In this document: positions 1 through 12,096 of the stretch, in pieces | Layout: each line of letters starts with the position of its first letter | How positions within the stretch are numbered: position 1 is the first letter of the stretch | Origin: Eledone cirrhosa | Taxonomy: Eukaryota | DNA: 64,000 nucleotides | Reading direction: 5' to 3' | Assembly (NCBI GenBank): GCA_964016885.1 | Contig: OZ024740.1 | Coordinates: 296,794,001-296,858,000, forward strand | Made by a program: the position numbers and the translations under genes | Notes under the pieces: model-generated | Seen by the model: the letters and a program-made list of their open reading frames with translations, nothing else | Databases searched by the model: none | What the model was told of the DNA's origin: nothing

Positions 1-404
1 GAAGATTCCAGTGTCATAGCAGTAAGGCGTAGGCTACTTACCTCAAAAGTTCATTCGCACTCTTTCCACTAAGTTACTCTTTCTCTCTATCCCTCTCGAT
101 GCAGTCCCTTGCGAATTTCTCACGTAGGCCTGGTGTAGATTTGCACCCAATCCATCTACCCGATGCACATGTCCGCTTTGTATGGCTTTTGGAGGAAGGA
201 GTGACCAGCAGTACGTTGTTCGGTATTATTACGTAAAGGTGTAGCAGAGAATCACGTGTGAACTAACAGCACGGGGGGAAACTGCTTACCTCGAAGATTC
301 ATCCACCATCGTTCTTGTCAATTCTCCGTTTAGTTGGTATTTGTTGGTCTACAGTTAAACGAATGGCGCACAAAGGGTCAATGTTTATTGGCAAGAAGTT
401 TTTT

Positions 405-580
405 TAATAATTGTTTCTACTTTAGGCACAAGGCGAGCAATTAACCAGTACATTACTGGTACTTTATTTCATCGACGCCGTAAGGATGAAAGGCAAAGTT
501 TACCTCGGCGGGATTTGAACTCAGACTGTAAAGGGACGTAACTATGCTAGAAAGCATTGCGTCCAACCCTCTACCGATAC
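405..580 (-). mobile_element. tRNA-derived SINE, 5'-truncated; one copy per array unit, with a second diverged copy near 8495-8610 and equivalents
   Basis: Reverse complement of the SINE at 63325-63510, including the B-box-like GAGTTCAAATCCC and the TTTGCCTTTCATCC body. Confidence 0.8.
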
Positions 581-616
581 TGTAATAAAAGACGGGTTAA
601 AGCGATCAATAATGTA

Positions 617-679
<63 letters not shown>

Positions 680-711
680 AATAACAAAGAACGCCTATAG
701 CATATGCATAT

Positions 712-769
712 CTTTACTTGCTAACATTGTTTCATCCGCACTATAAGTGGGACTCATCAGAGCATAAAG
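712..769 (-). ncRNA. Minimal type I hammerhead ribozyme (3' pLTR)
   Basis: Minus strand reads CUUUAUGCU-CUGAUGA-GUCCCACuuauaGUGcGGAU-GAAA-CaauG-UU-AGCAagUAAAG. Stems I and II pair and stem III is near-palindromic. Confidence 0.88.
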
Positions 770-1441
770 GTTAATTACATACCATACAAGCAATAACAAA
801 TCCAAGACATTGAAGAATGAAAAATAATAATAGACGATAAAGGATATTAAGGAAGTAAAAGTAAAAGTAAAGATAAGAATAAAAATAAAAATAAAAATAA
901 AAATAAGATAATAAAATAAACAATGAAAAATAAAAAAATGAAAAATAAGGGGTGCTATCAGTCACAGTTGGGCTGGGTGCTGTCAACATATAGTTACATA
1001 CAAGCATACACATGGATAAGAGAACAGACAAGAGTAGATGAGATAGATAGGATTAGGTAAGAGTAGGTAAAAAATAGGTGAAAAACAGACTTATAATATA
1101 TATAAGAAAATATAAAGAAATACATAACAAACTTACATATAAACTATAAAATATACAGATAATAGTGATACAGGGTAAGGAATGAGATAAAATAATATAA
1201 AATTAAAATTAAAATTATATAAAATAGAACATAATATAATATAATCATAAAATAAGATAAAATAAGGTAAACTAAAATAAAATAAAATAGACTAAATTAA
1301 AATAATATAATATAAGATATAATTAAATGTAATTAAATAAATAAATAAATAAATAAATAAAGTTAAATAAATAAATAAAATTAAAATTAAAAGTAAAATT
1401 AAATTTAAATAAATAAATAAATAAATAAGTAAATAAATAAG

Positions 1442-1476
<35 letters not shown>

Positions 1477-2897
1477 ATGGAATTAAATAAGTAAATAAAT
1501 AAAATTAGATAACATGAAATGAAATAAAATAAAATAAAATGAAATAAAGTAAATTGAGATAAGATATATATTTTTTTAGAATATATCTCCTGAATATATC
1601 AGGGGCCCACGAAGGCACTAATTGTCACAGTTATGTGTATCACTTGACCATTGCAAGGCAATGGAGGCGTCCCAGGTTGGGCAGTCTCAAAAGTTCACTC
1701 GAAAGTCGCGGGTGTGCATTCACACAGTTGAGCGGTGGGGTAATCACAAACCGGTTCACACCCGGGCAGGAGTCCAATGGTCAGAGAGAGGTGCATCGAA
1801 GGAAGGTAGGAGAATTCACGTGCATTAGCAAGCGAGGTGCAGGCGGGTTAGCCAAAGCAAGCAGACACTGTTGGAGCGCATACAAAAGATATATAAAAAG
1901 ACAGAAGATATATAAAAAATAGCTTCAAGAGCCATTAAGTCACCGCATTGGGACATCACAAGATTGTACACATCAATATGTTCAGCACGTATATGCACAT
2001 ATACACACCACATGCATATGCAGAGACGGTATACATATATATATATATTTTTTTTTATATACAGACATATACAACCACCTACACCCATACACATATAAAT
2101 GTATACACGGACACACACGCACACACACACAGCGTAGGACACCCGGGTCAAAGCTGATATTAAACACCGAAATACCACATTAGGCCAGACCCACCACCAC
2201 GGATAATACATTCAAAATAAATACATACGATGAGATGTAGTAAAATAAAGTTGAAATCCTACGGAGATAATCATGTCCGCACGTGCCATTGCCCGATTCA
2301 AGTGTACACAGACCGTTAGTAACTACGGAGGGCTATCGGGGCCAAAACGTTACTTTCGGGATCATAACAACGACCGTCAATATATGGAAGGCCGATCGTG
2401 CTAGAAAGACTACAACCCCGGGCAAGAGCTCCCAGAAGTCAGCCTGTAGATCTTAAACCACAGAATATGAGGGCAACACGTACATGCGCCACGTATCCAC
2501 TGCTTACGGCGGGATGGCACAGGTCCGCCCACAGTTACAGGCTAAATTTCTATTAGTGCAGCCTAAATCACAGTACACGCTTTACATAAATACATTACAT
2601 CACAACTCATGCGCATACAGAGGTACAGATCCACAAGATATACGTCAGGATAGACCCACCAATGCACCAATGGTGGGTAGGCGAGCGTGGATGGGTTACA
2701 TCCGCTGTGCCAAACAGGGGTGCTTATTAACATACACCCCCACTCACCTGTACACCCCAATATCCAGATCAATATCCTCCCACAGGCATACGTATACATT
2801 CACCGACTCATATACATAGACGACCAACAATAGGAGACAGTTACACACAATCAGAGACAGTTACACAAGACAGCCCAACTGGAGGAATAAGGAAGTG

Positions 2898-5388
2898 CTA
2901 GCTAACAGGTTTAAAGTAGAAGAAAGAGCTTAATATTCGGTGGGGGCAAGAGGAAAATATTTCAGACTTTCTATTTAGTAGAGGGCATTTAGCAAATATA
3001 ATAGAGTGGGATTCGGCAAGGCATAGGTTACATACTCTATTATGAGGAGTATATGGATGGGATTTAGCAACCTGCCGCCAAGTAAGTGTGTAATGTGTTC
3101 GTGCATTTTTTAAATTATGGACGTACGCTGACAAGGAGGTGGAGTTCCTCAGTTTATTATGTCTAAAAGTGCATTGGTGAGAGTTAAACCTGGTCTTAAA
3201 GGGGGGTGGAGGTTGATCCTATATAGGTCTTAGTGGACGCCGTAGTTACTACATCACACGCATAAACTATGTTTCTAACAAGGCAGAAACCATTCAGGGG
3301 GCAGCCTGAAGCCCTTCTACAGTTACAACCTCTGGTGATGCTATTCTCAGAATGATCACCACTTGTGTTTCTGCCCACTCTGTCCACTACCGTGTTTTCC
3401 CCTAGGCTTAGGTCGTCCAGGCCTTCTTTTATTTTCTTATTATTAGTAATGGCCAGATGAGAGGCCAGATTTTGGGTTGTAGAATACGAAAGTTTAACAA
3501 CATTCTTATTGAGGATAGAGTGGTACCTATTACCATGAGGGAAGTTCCTTTCTAACACAGAGAAGAAGGCCCTAGGAATATTTATAGCCACTTCAGAATT
3601 AAAAGGGGGGTTGAAGTATGTATTCAATCTTCTTCTATTCTTTTTAATCTTTCTATTTCCATCAGTATTATTAGCATTATTATTTCTACGGTTCCTATGC
3701 TCACCTAGTCTATGCGGGAAGCTGCGAGGCCTACCATTGCTATTACTTAGACTAATGGTGCCCTGCTGGTTCATTCCACCGGCATCTAGAAACCTCCCAT
3801 TCGCGACACCTCTATTGCTATTACTTAGACTAATGGTGCCCTGCTGCTTCATTCCACCGGCATTTAGAATCCTCCCATTCGCGACACCTCCATTACCAAT
3901 GGACATATTATGTGTTATAACAACACTGGTAGAGCTACTATTAGGACTATTATTTCCCTGGGTGTAATACAATTTGTCCCTAAAGCCGGATCTAGCTAAG
4001 GCATCATTATAGTAATCAGCCTGCGAGTCAAACGCCTCCTCACTATGTGAGAGTGAACTTATTCTGTTAGATACGCCCTTCAGTATACCGCTGATGACCG
4101 ACCTAGGGTGGTTAGAGTTGGTATTCACGTAAGTCTGCAATTCATTAGGCTTATGGTACGGTGTGTACGTATGGTTATCCAAGTCCAATGTAACATCCAG
4201 GAAGTTTACAGTTCTATCATTTATATCCATAGTAATGGATAGGTTAAATGTTTTAAAAAACTATGCAGCTTTTTCCTAATGCGCACTATATTATACTTAC
4301 TAGTATCTATGGAGAGTAGGGCGTCATCCCGGTACAACCCGCCCCTAAGGAAAGGGAAGTTACTATGCAGTTCATTGAGGAGGTATAGCCCAACTAAGTC
4401 GGTGACTTGAGCAGAGTCACTCGACCCCATAGTAATGTCAAAATTATCAGGTGTGTTTTTTCTCGTCCATAGATTATCCTCAAACATGATAATGGTTTTA
4501 CGTGCAGCGAGAACAATATCTATCTGTGGCCTTGTAATTGCCCCCCTCTGCATGGCTAGGATGAGGGCCTTATTGAGGATAATAGGAGATATAGATGTAT
4601 AATAAGCATCAATATCAAATTGGATGAATTTGAGTGAGTCACGACCACAATCCGTAGAGAACCACGTAATGACCTCACTAGTGTTACCCCAAAGCTCAAG
4701 GAAAGTTTTTTCTCTAACCAGGGGAATAACGCTATCCAAGATTCCCTTACTAATAATCCCCAGGTCAGACTTGGAGGGGCAGATAAGCCTAACTGAGGGT
4801 CTGCTAATAAAATCTTCCTTGTGGTCCTTGAGGGTGAATCTAGGCTGCTTGGGGTAATAAGGCTGAGTGTGTTTATCCAGACCTAGTTTTACCACTATGT
4901 TATACCCCTCCAGATTAATATTATCTAAATTACTCTGCGTTGTTTTTTTGTAGTTCCTATGTAGTTCATTATAAATGAAGCCTCGATAGGTTTTATAATC
5001 CATACTATATAAGTTTTTAGTTTTGTCAGAGGGGACCAGAATGGATTTATTATCCCTAAAGTCCCTAACGATTGAAGTTAGTTTACTCTGAAATTTATTG
5101 GTACATCTAGATTTTTTATATCTAATATTCCTAACAAGGGATAATAGCTCACTTTCGAAGTTATCCAACAGGCTATTATGCGGGGGGCTCCTATAGGTCT
5201 TAAATCCATAATTATTAAAACTACGCCTCTCTTCAGGGCTATCATACTTCTTATCAAAATGGAACGCACGCCACCGAACACGTTTTACGAATGAGTTTAT
5301 GCTAGTTATCAGTGATTTCTCATATGAGATTTTAGGGGGGGGGGGGAATATTCTTCAAGGAAATGGGTAAGTATGTCTTTGTTAGCAT
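2898..5388 (-). CDS. PLE reverse transcriptase-GIY-YIG endonuclease, broken by three single-base homopolymer frameshifts
   Basis: Motifs MLTKTYLPISLKNIP, RVRWRAF, LVPSDKT, TLKDHK, FIQFDIDAYY, FDITMGS, GLYRDDAL, NFLDVTLD, SNHP, FNPPF, CNCR..CPLNGFC, IVY...YIGST, CNLCLAE, LLNRKSE..SCPH. Confidence 0.9.
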
Positions 5389-5590
5389 ACTGCTTGATAA
5401 TATACAAGGACACAAATCCGCGTATATCAAAGTTTAAGCTCAACCAGTGGGAGCCGTATAGTATACTAGAGAGAGGATCAGGGGTGTATAACACTCCACT
5501 TATCCAGCAGGCAGTATAAGGTTAGCTCAATGTCTGAGGACAGAGCCGTGATATAATAAATAACAAAGAACGCCTACAGCATATGCATAT

Positions 5591-5648
5591 CTTTACTTGC
5601 TAACATTGTTTCATCCGCACTATAAGTGGGACTCATCAGAGCATAAAG
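5591..5648 (-). ncRNA. Minimal type I hammerhead ribozyme (5' pLTR)
   Basis: Same 58 nt as 712-769. Confidence 0.88.
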
Positions 5649-6737
5649 GTTAATTACATACCATACAAGCAATAACAAATCCAAGACATTGAAGAATGAA
5701 AAATAATAATAGACGATAAAGGATATTAAGGAAGTAAAAGTAAAAGTAAAGATAAGAATAAAAATAAAAATAAAAATGAAAATAAAAATTGCCCGGGGTT
5801 GTAGTCTTTCTAGCACGATCGGCCTTCCATATATTGACGGTCGTTGTTATGATCCCGAAAGTAACGTTTTGGCCCCGATAGCCCTCCGTAGTTACTAACG
5901 GTCTGTGTACACTTGAATCGGGCAATGGCACGTGCGGACATGATTATCTCCGTAGGATTTCAACTTTATTTTACTACATCTCATCGTATGTATTTATTTT
6001 GAATGTATTATCCGTGGTGGTGGGTCTGGCCTAATGTGGTATTTCGGTGTTTAATATCAGCTTTGACCCGGGTGTCCTACGCTGTGTGTGTGTGCGTGTG
6101 TGTCCGTGTATACATTTATATGTGTATGGGTGTAGGTGGTTGTATATGTCTGTATATAAAAAAAAATATATATATATATGTATACCGTCTCTGCATATGC
6201 ATGTGGTGTGTATATGTGCATATACGTGCTGAACATATTGATGTGTACAATCTTGTGATGTCCCAATGCGGTGACTTAATGGCTCTTGAAGCTATTTTTT
6301 ATATATCTTCTGTCTTTTTATATATCTTTTGTATGCGCTCCAACAGTGTCTGCTTGCTTTGGCTAACCCGCCTGCACCTCGCTTGCTAATGCACGTGAAT
6401 TCTCCTACCTTCCTTCGATGCACCTCTCTCTGACCATTGGACTCCTGCCCGGGTGTGAACCGGTTTGTGATTACCCCACGGCTCAACTGTGTGAATGCAC
6501 ACCCGCGACTTTCGAGTGAACTTTTGAGACTGCCCAACCTGGGACGCCTCCATTGCCTTGCAATGGTCAAGTGATACACATAACTGTGACAATTAGTGCC
6601 TTCGTGGGCCCCTGATATATTCAGGAGATATATTCTAAAAAAATATATATCTTATCTCAATTTACTTTATTTCATTTTATTTTATTTTATTTCATTTCAT
6701 GTTATCTAATTTTATTTATTTACTTATTTAATTCCAT

Positions 6738-6772
<35 letters not shown>

Positions 6773-7452
6773 CTTATTTATTTACTTATTTATTTATTTA
6801 TTTATTTAAATTTAATTTTACTTTTAATTTTAATTTTAATTTTAATTTTATTTATTTATTTAACTTTATTTATTTATTTATTTATTTAATTACATTTAAT
6901 TATATCTTATATTATATTATTTTAATTTAGTCTATTTTATTTTATTTTAGTTTACCTTATTTTATCTTATTTTATGATTATATTATATTATGTTCTATTT
7001 TATATAATTTTAATTTTAATTTTATATTATTTTATCTCATTCCTTACCCTGTATCACTATTATCTGTATATTTTATAGTTTATATGTAAGTTTGTTATGT
7101 ATTTCTTTATATTTTCTTATATATATTATAAGTCTGTTTTTCACCTATTTTTTACCTACTCTTACCTAATCCTATCTATCTTATCTACTCTTGTCTGTTC
7201 TCTTATCCATGTGTATGCTTGTATGTAACTATATGTTGACAGCACCCAGCCCAACTGTGACTGATAGCACCCCTTATTTTTCATTTTTTTATTTTTCATT
7301 GTTTATTTTATTATCTTATTTTTATTTTTATTTTTATTTTTATTCTTATCTTTACTTTTACTTTTACTTCCTTAATATCCTTTATCGTCTATTATTATTT
7401 TTCATTCTTCAATGTCTTGGATTTGTTATTGCTTGTATGGTATGTAATTAAC

Positions 7453-7510
7453 CTTTATGCTCTGATGAGTCCCACTTATAGTGCGGATGAAACAATGTTA
7501 GCAAGTAAAG
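7453..7510 (+). ncRNA. Minimal type I hammerhead ribozyme (inverted arm)
   Basis: CTTTATGCT CTGATGA GTCCCACTTATAGTGCGGAT GAAA CAATG TT AGCAAGTAAAG on the + strand. Confidence 0.88.
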
Positions 7511-8180
7511 ATATGCATATGCTATAGGCGTTCTTTGTTATTTATTATATCACGGCTCTGTCCTCAGATATTGAGCTAACCTTATACTGCCTGCTGGATA
7601 AGTGGAGTGTTATACACCCCTGATCCTCTCCCTAGTATAATATATATATATATATATACAGAGATACATATATATATATATATATACGTGTGTGTATGTA
7701 TGCATATATATATGTTTGTGTGTCTGTATGTATGTATGTGTATGTGTATGTATGTATGTATGTGGATAAGGGAGCTTATAGATAGGACAACACACGCTGT
7801 CTTTTCGTAGGTTAAGTTTTTAATTAATTTTTGTATTTTGAAACATCAAAATACAACAATTCTTTGGTCACTGGACTCGGGAATGTCATGACAGAAGTTT
7901 GTGGAAGTTACACAAATATTTTCGTATATTTTACCAGGGCAATCCTTATTTATATTTTACATTTTACATTTACTTACATCTCAAAATAACATGGCTAAAA
8001 AAAATTCAAATTTTGCAAAGAGAAGAAAACTGAACTACATGCATCTCACTGCCCCCCCCCTCCCCCCCATCGCCACCACTATTACGTGTACACTCTCTCC
8101 CTACCACCACATTTACATTTACACACCCTATCTAGACTAAAGTTACCGACCTGTTGTCCAACACTCTACTCTGTGTTGAA

Positions 8181-8211
<31 letters not shown>

Positions 8212-8729
8212 GTGTATGTATACGTGTGTATATACATCACTCAGTCAAACAACCTGATTTCAACCCAAATATCTACAACAACAACACCGGCACTAATGTT
8301 TACAGCAACAACAGCTTCATGATGAATTGAAATGAACATTTACAACAACCACAGCGGCATCAGACGATAAGAAAAAACAACAAAAAACAAAAAAACTCAA
8401 AATATCAAAACACACACACACAACACAACAACAACATCAACTGCCACCACCATCACCACCACCAGCGACCGGGCCTTAAGAAAACAACAAATTTAATAAT
8501 AATAATTGTTCTGCTTTTGTGCATTACTGGTGCTCTCTTTTGTTGACTCCGTGAGGATGAAAGGCAAGGTTGACATCGGCGGGATTTGAGCTCAGAGAGT
8601 GGAGAGCCATTGCTTCATGCTGTAAAGCAATTATAATAATACTGAACTGTAACACGAACGGCTTCAACTATACGAACTCTTGAAAGTCAACAGTTGACAT
8701 AATCTTGCAATCTTGTATCAGTAATGACG

Positions 8730-8786
<57 letters not shown>

Positions 8787-9736
8787 ATATAAATTAGCGA
8801 GAATCGTATTTCGGCTTAGGAATTAACTAAAAACAACTTCCAAGATGTGTGGCAAGCGCTCAATGATTCAGATGAACCAGAGCTACAACATACGTTAAAG
8901 GCCAAACACACTAAGACGATGGTTAAACAATCATCCTCACTGCCGTAAAAACGACCAAGTAATTCGGGTCAAACCAATAAAAATATATGTGATTGAAAAT
9001 TTACCCAGACCCCTGGATGATTGGTAAAATCCAGCTTTTGGGTTTCTGCGACTTCTAACTCAAGTACTGTCCGCTTACAGAAATAATGTTAGGCTTCTGG
9101 TAAGATGTTTGAACAAGGAAGCCACTTTTTCAACATGTATTAGTTCGAGTGCTAATTTAAGGAATGACCGTTACCGACGCCACGTGGGGCTCGGCAAGGC
9201 AGGCAATCCTTATTTTAGGCGGATGAATTCAGTATGTGTATAAAATTGCAAGAATGCAAAACATCACATATATGTGTGTGTGTGTAAGTGAGTAGCGTGT
9301 GTGTGTTTGTATGTATGTATGAGTGTTGGTGTCTGCGCGCGTATGTATGTGTGTGTGTGCGCGTGTGTGTATATCGTAGGTATAAGTGTCAATAAGTGAG
9401 TTTTTTTGTTTTTTTATGCGCGGGGACAGAAATAATCGGACTGGATGCCCGATCACGCAGTTAAACCACTGGGAGTGAGGAGCCCCTAGCACTTGTCAGG
9501 GCATTCTTCTAGGAGAAGGCATCTCAGGAAACTGGGTTTATTCCGACATAAAACCTGCGGCTCAGTAGTTACCGATGATGTTGATCTTTTCTTCTTTTCG
9601 GGTTATAGCTACTGTCGCTCAGGGAGTGGGTTTGGCTCAGGGCACAGTCTTTCCTCACTTTAAAAATATTCGTCACGCACAGGCATTGCACGATTGCATT
9701 AATTAATAATTATTAATAGTGTATTACTGGTCTCCT

Positions 9737-10030
9737 TGACGGAGCTGCAGTCCTGGGTCAGAAAAAGACCGAGGGATAGCGCTTGGAAACTGGAATATCT
9801 TTAGGCGCTCACTGCCCTCTGCCAGCTGGGCACCAGTATCGGTGGAACATCCACCTCGGCGTTCTATAGAGGACTAGTGGAGGGGAAGAGCGACGACGTT
9901 CTCGGAGAGATCCTGGGCGTCGAAGAAGATCAGCAGTTTGCTCTCTTCCGGAGAACTTTCAGCCCAGGTCCTATGGATAACTTCCAAAAATCCCTGGCCT
10001 GTCAGTGCTACCGGGGAGCGCTGCCAGTTC
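9737..10030 (+). pseudogene. Tx1/L1-like ORF2 C-terminal fragment, present in every array unit (the 129-aa MTELQSW ORFs)
   Basis: Near-identical to the reverse complement of 47630-47903. Truncated after YRGALPV, shortly before the Helitron 3' end. Confidence 0.85.
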
Positions 10031-10923
10031 TTTTTTTCTCTTTATTTATAACTAGCAGTGTATCCCGGCATTGCATGGGTAGTAGCACCTCCAATGAGAA
10101 ACCTTTATTTGTGAGTGCCTGTTAAAAACTCACGAAAATATACTGATAGGAAAGTTGTTTTATTTTGAGAAAATTGAGAAGTTGAAAGTACAATTTAACT
10201 GTCTACGTGCATTGTTCATGGCAATATTCTTGAGCCCCTTCTTTTCATACTCCTCTGTTGGGCCTTTTGGAGTAAATGTGAAAGAGAAATTCACAGGTTA
10301 AGTTGGCAGAAGATTCCAGTGTCATAGCAGTAAGGCGTAGGCTACTTACCTCAAAAGTTCATTCGCACTCTTTCCACTAAGTTACTCTTTCTCTCTATCC
10401 CTCTCGATGCAGTCCCTTGCGAATTTCTCACGTAGGCCTGGTGTAGATTTGCACCCAATCCATCTACCCGATGCACATGTCCGCTTTGTATGGCTTTTGG
10501 AGGAAGGAGTGACCAGCAGTACGTTGTCCGGTATTATTACGAAAAGGTATAGCAGAGAATCACGTGTGAACTAACAGCACGGGAGGAAACTGCTTACCTC
10601 GAAGATTCATCCGCCATCGTTCTTGTCAATACTCCGTTTAGTTGGTATTTGTTGGTCTACAGTTAAATGAATGGCGCACAAAGGGTCAATGTTTATTGGC
10701 AAGAAGTTTTTTTAATAATTGTTTCTACTTTAGGCACAAGGCGAGCAATTAACCAGTACATTACTGGTACTTTATTTCATCGACCCCGTAAGGATGAAAG
10801 GCAAATTAACCTAGGCGGGATTTGAATTCAGACTGTAAAGGGACGTAACTATGCTAGAAAGCATTGCGTCCAACCCTCTACCGATACTGTAATAAAAGAC
10901 GGGTTAGAGCGATCAATAACGTA

Positions 10924-10973
<50 letters not shown>

Positions 10974-12023
10974 CACAGATACATATATATATATATATGT
11001 GTGTGTATGTATGCATATATATATATGTGTGTGTGTCTGTATGTATGTATGTGTATGTGTATGTATGTATGTATGTGGATAAGGGAGCTTATAGATAGGA
11101 CAACACACGCTGTCTTTTCGTGGGTTAAGTTTTTAACTAATTTTTGTATTCTGAAACATCAAAATACAACAATTTTTTGGTCACTGGAGTCGGGAATGTC
11201 ATGACAGAAGTTTGTGGAAGTTACACAAATATTTTCGTATATTTTACCAGGGCAATCCTTATTTATATTTTACATTTTACATTTACTTACATCTCAATAT
11301 AACATGGCTAAAAAAAATTCAAATTTTGCAAAGAGAAGAAAACTGAACTACATGCACCTCACTGCCGCCCCCACAATTACGTGTACACTCTCTCCCTACC
11401 ACCACATTTACATTTACACACCCTATCTAGACTAAAGTTACCGACCTGTTGTCCAACACTCTACTCTGTGTTGAATGTGTGTGTGTATATATATATATAT
11501 ACATGTGTATGTATATGTGTGTATATACATCACTCAGTCAAACAACCTGATTTCAACCCAAATATCTACAACAACAACACCGGCACTAATGTTTACAGCA
11601 ACAACAGCTTCAGAATGAATTGAAATGAACATTTACAACAACCACAGCGGCATCAGACGATAAGAAAAAACAACAAAAAACAAAAAAACTCAAAATATCA
11701 AAACACACACACACAACACAACAACAACATCAACTGCCACCACCATCACCACCACCAGCGACCGGGCCTTAAGAAAACAACAAATTTAATAATAATAATT
11801 GTTCTGCTTTTGTGCATTACTGGTGCTCTCTTTTGTTGACTCCGTGGGGATGAAAGGCAAGGTTGACCTCGGCGGGATTTGAGCTCAGAGAGTGGAGAGC
11901 CATTGCTTTATGCTGTAAAGCAATTATAATAATACTGAACTGTAACACGAACGGCTTCAACTATACGAACTCTTGAAAGTCAACAGTTGACATAATCTTG
12001 CAATCTTGTATCAGTAATGACGG

Positions 12024-12096
<73 letters not shown>

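Larger units (their letters stand above)
676..7638 (-). mobile_element. Penelope-like retroelement (Naiad-like), near full-length, with partial-tandem pLTR and 5' inverted arm, inserted in (TA)n
   Basis: RT plus C-terminal GIY-YIG ORF. 676-~910 is repeated directly at ~5551-5788, and 676-2425 is repeated inverted at 5789-7548. Both ends abut TA repeats. Three hammerheads are present. Confidence 0.93.

Noticed and set aside
2898-5388. Selenocysteine-encoding Naiad (in-frame UGA plus SECIS)
   Set aside because: The conserved Cys positions are ordinary Cys codons in all three PLE ORFs, and no in-frame UGA was seen.
676-7638. DNA transposon with long TIRs
   Set aside because: It encodes RT plus GIY-YIG, has no transposase, and the arms are asymmetric pLTR/3' UTR copies.
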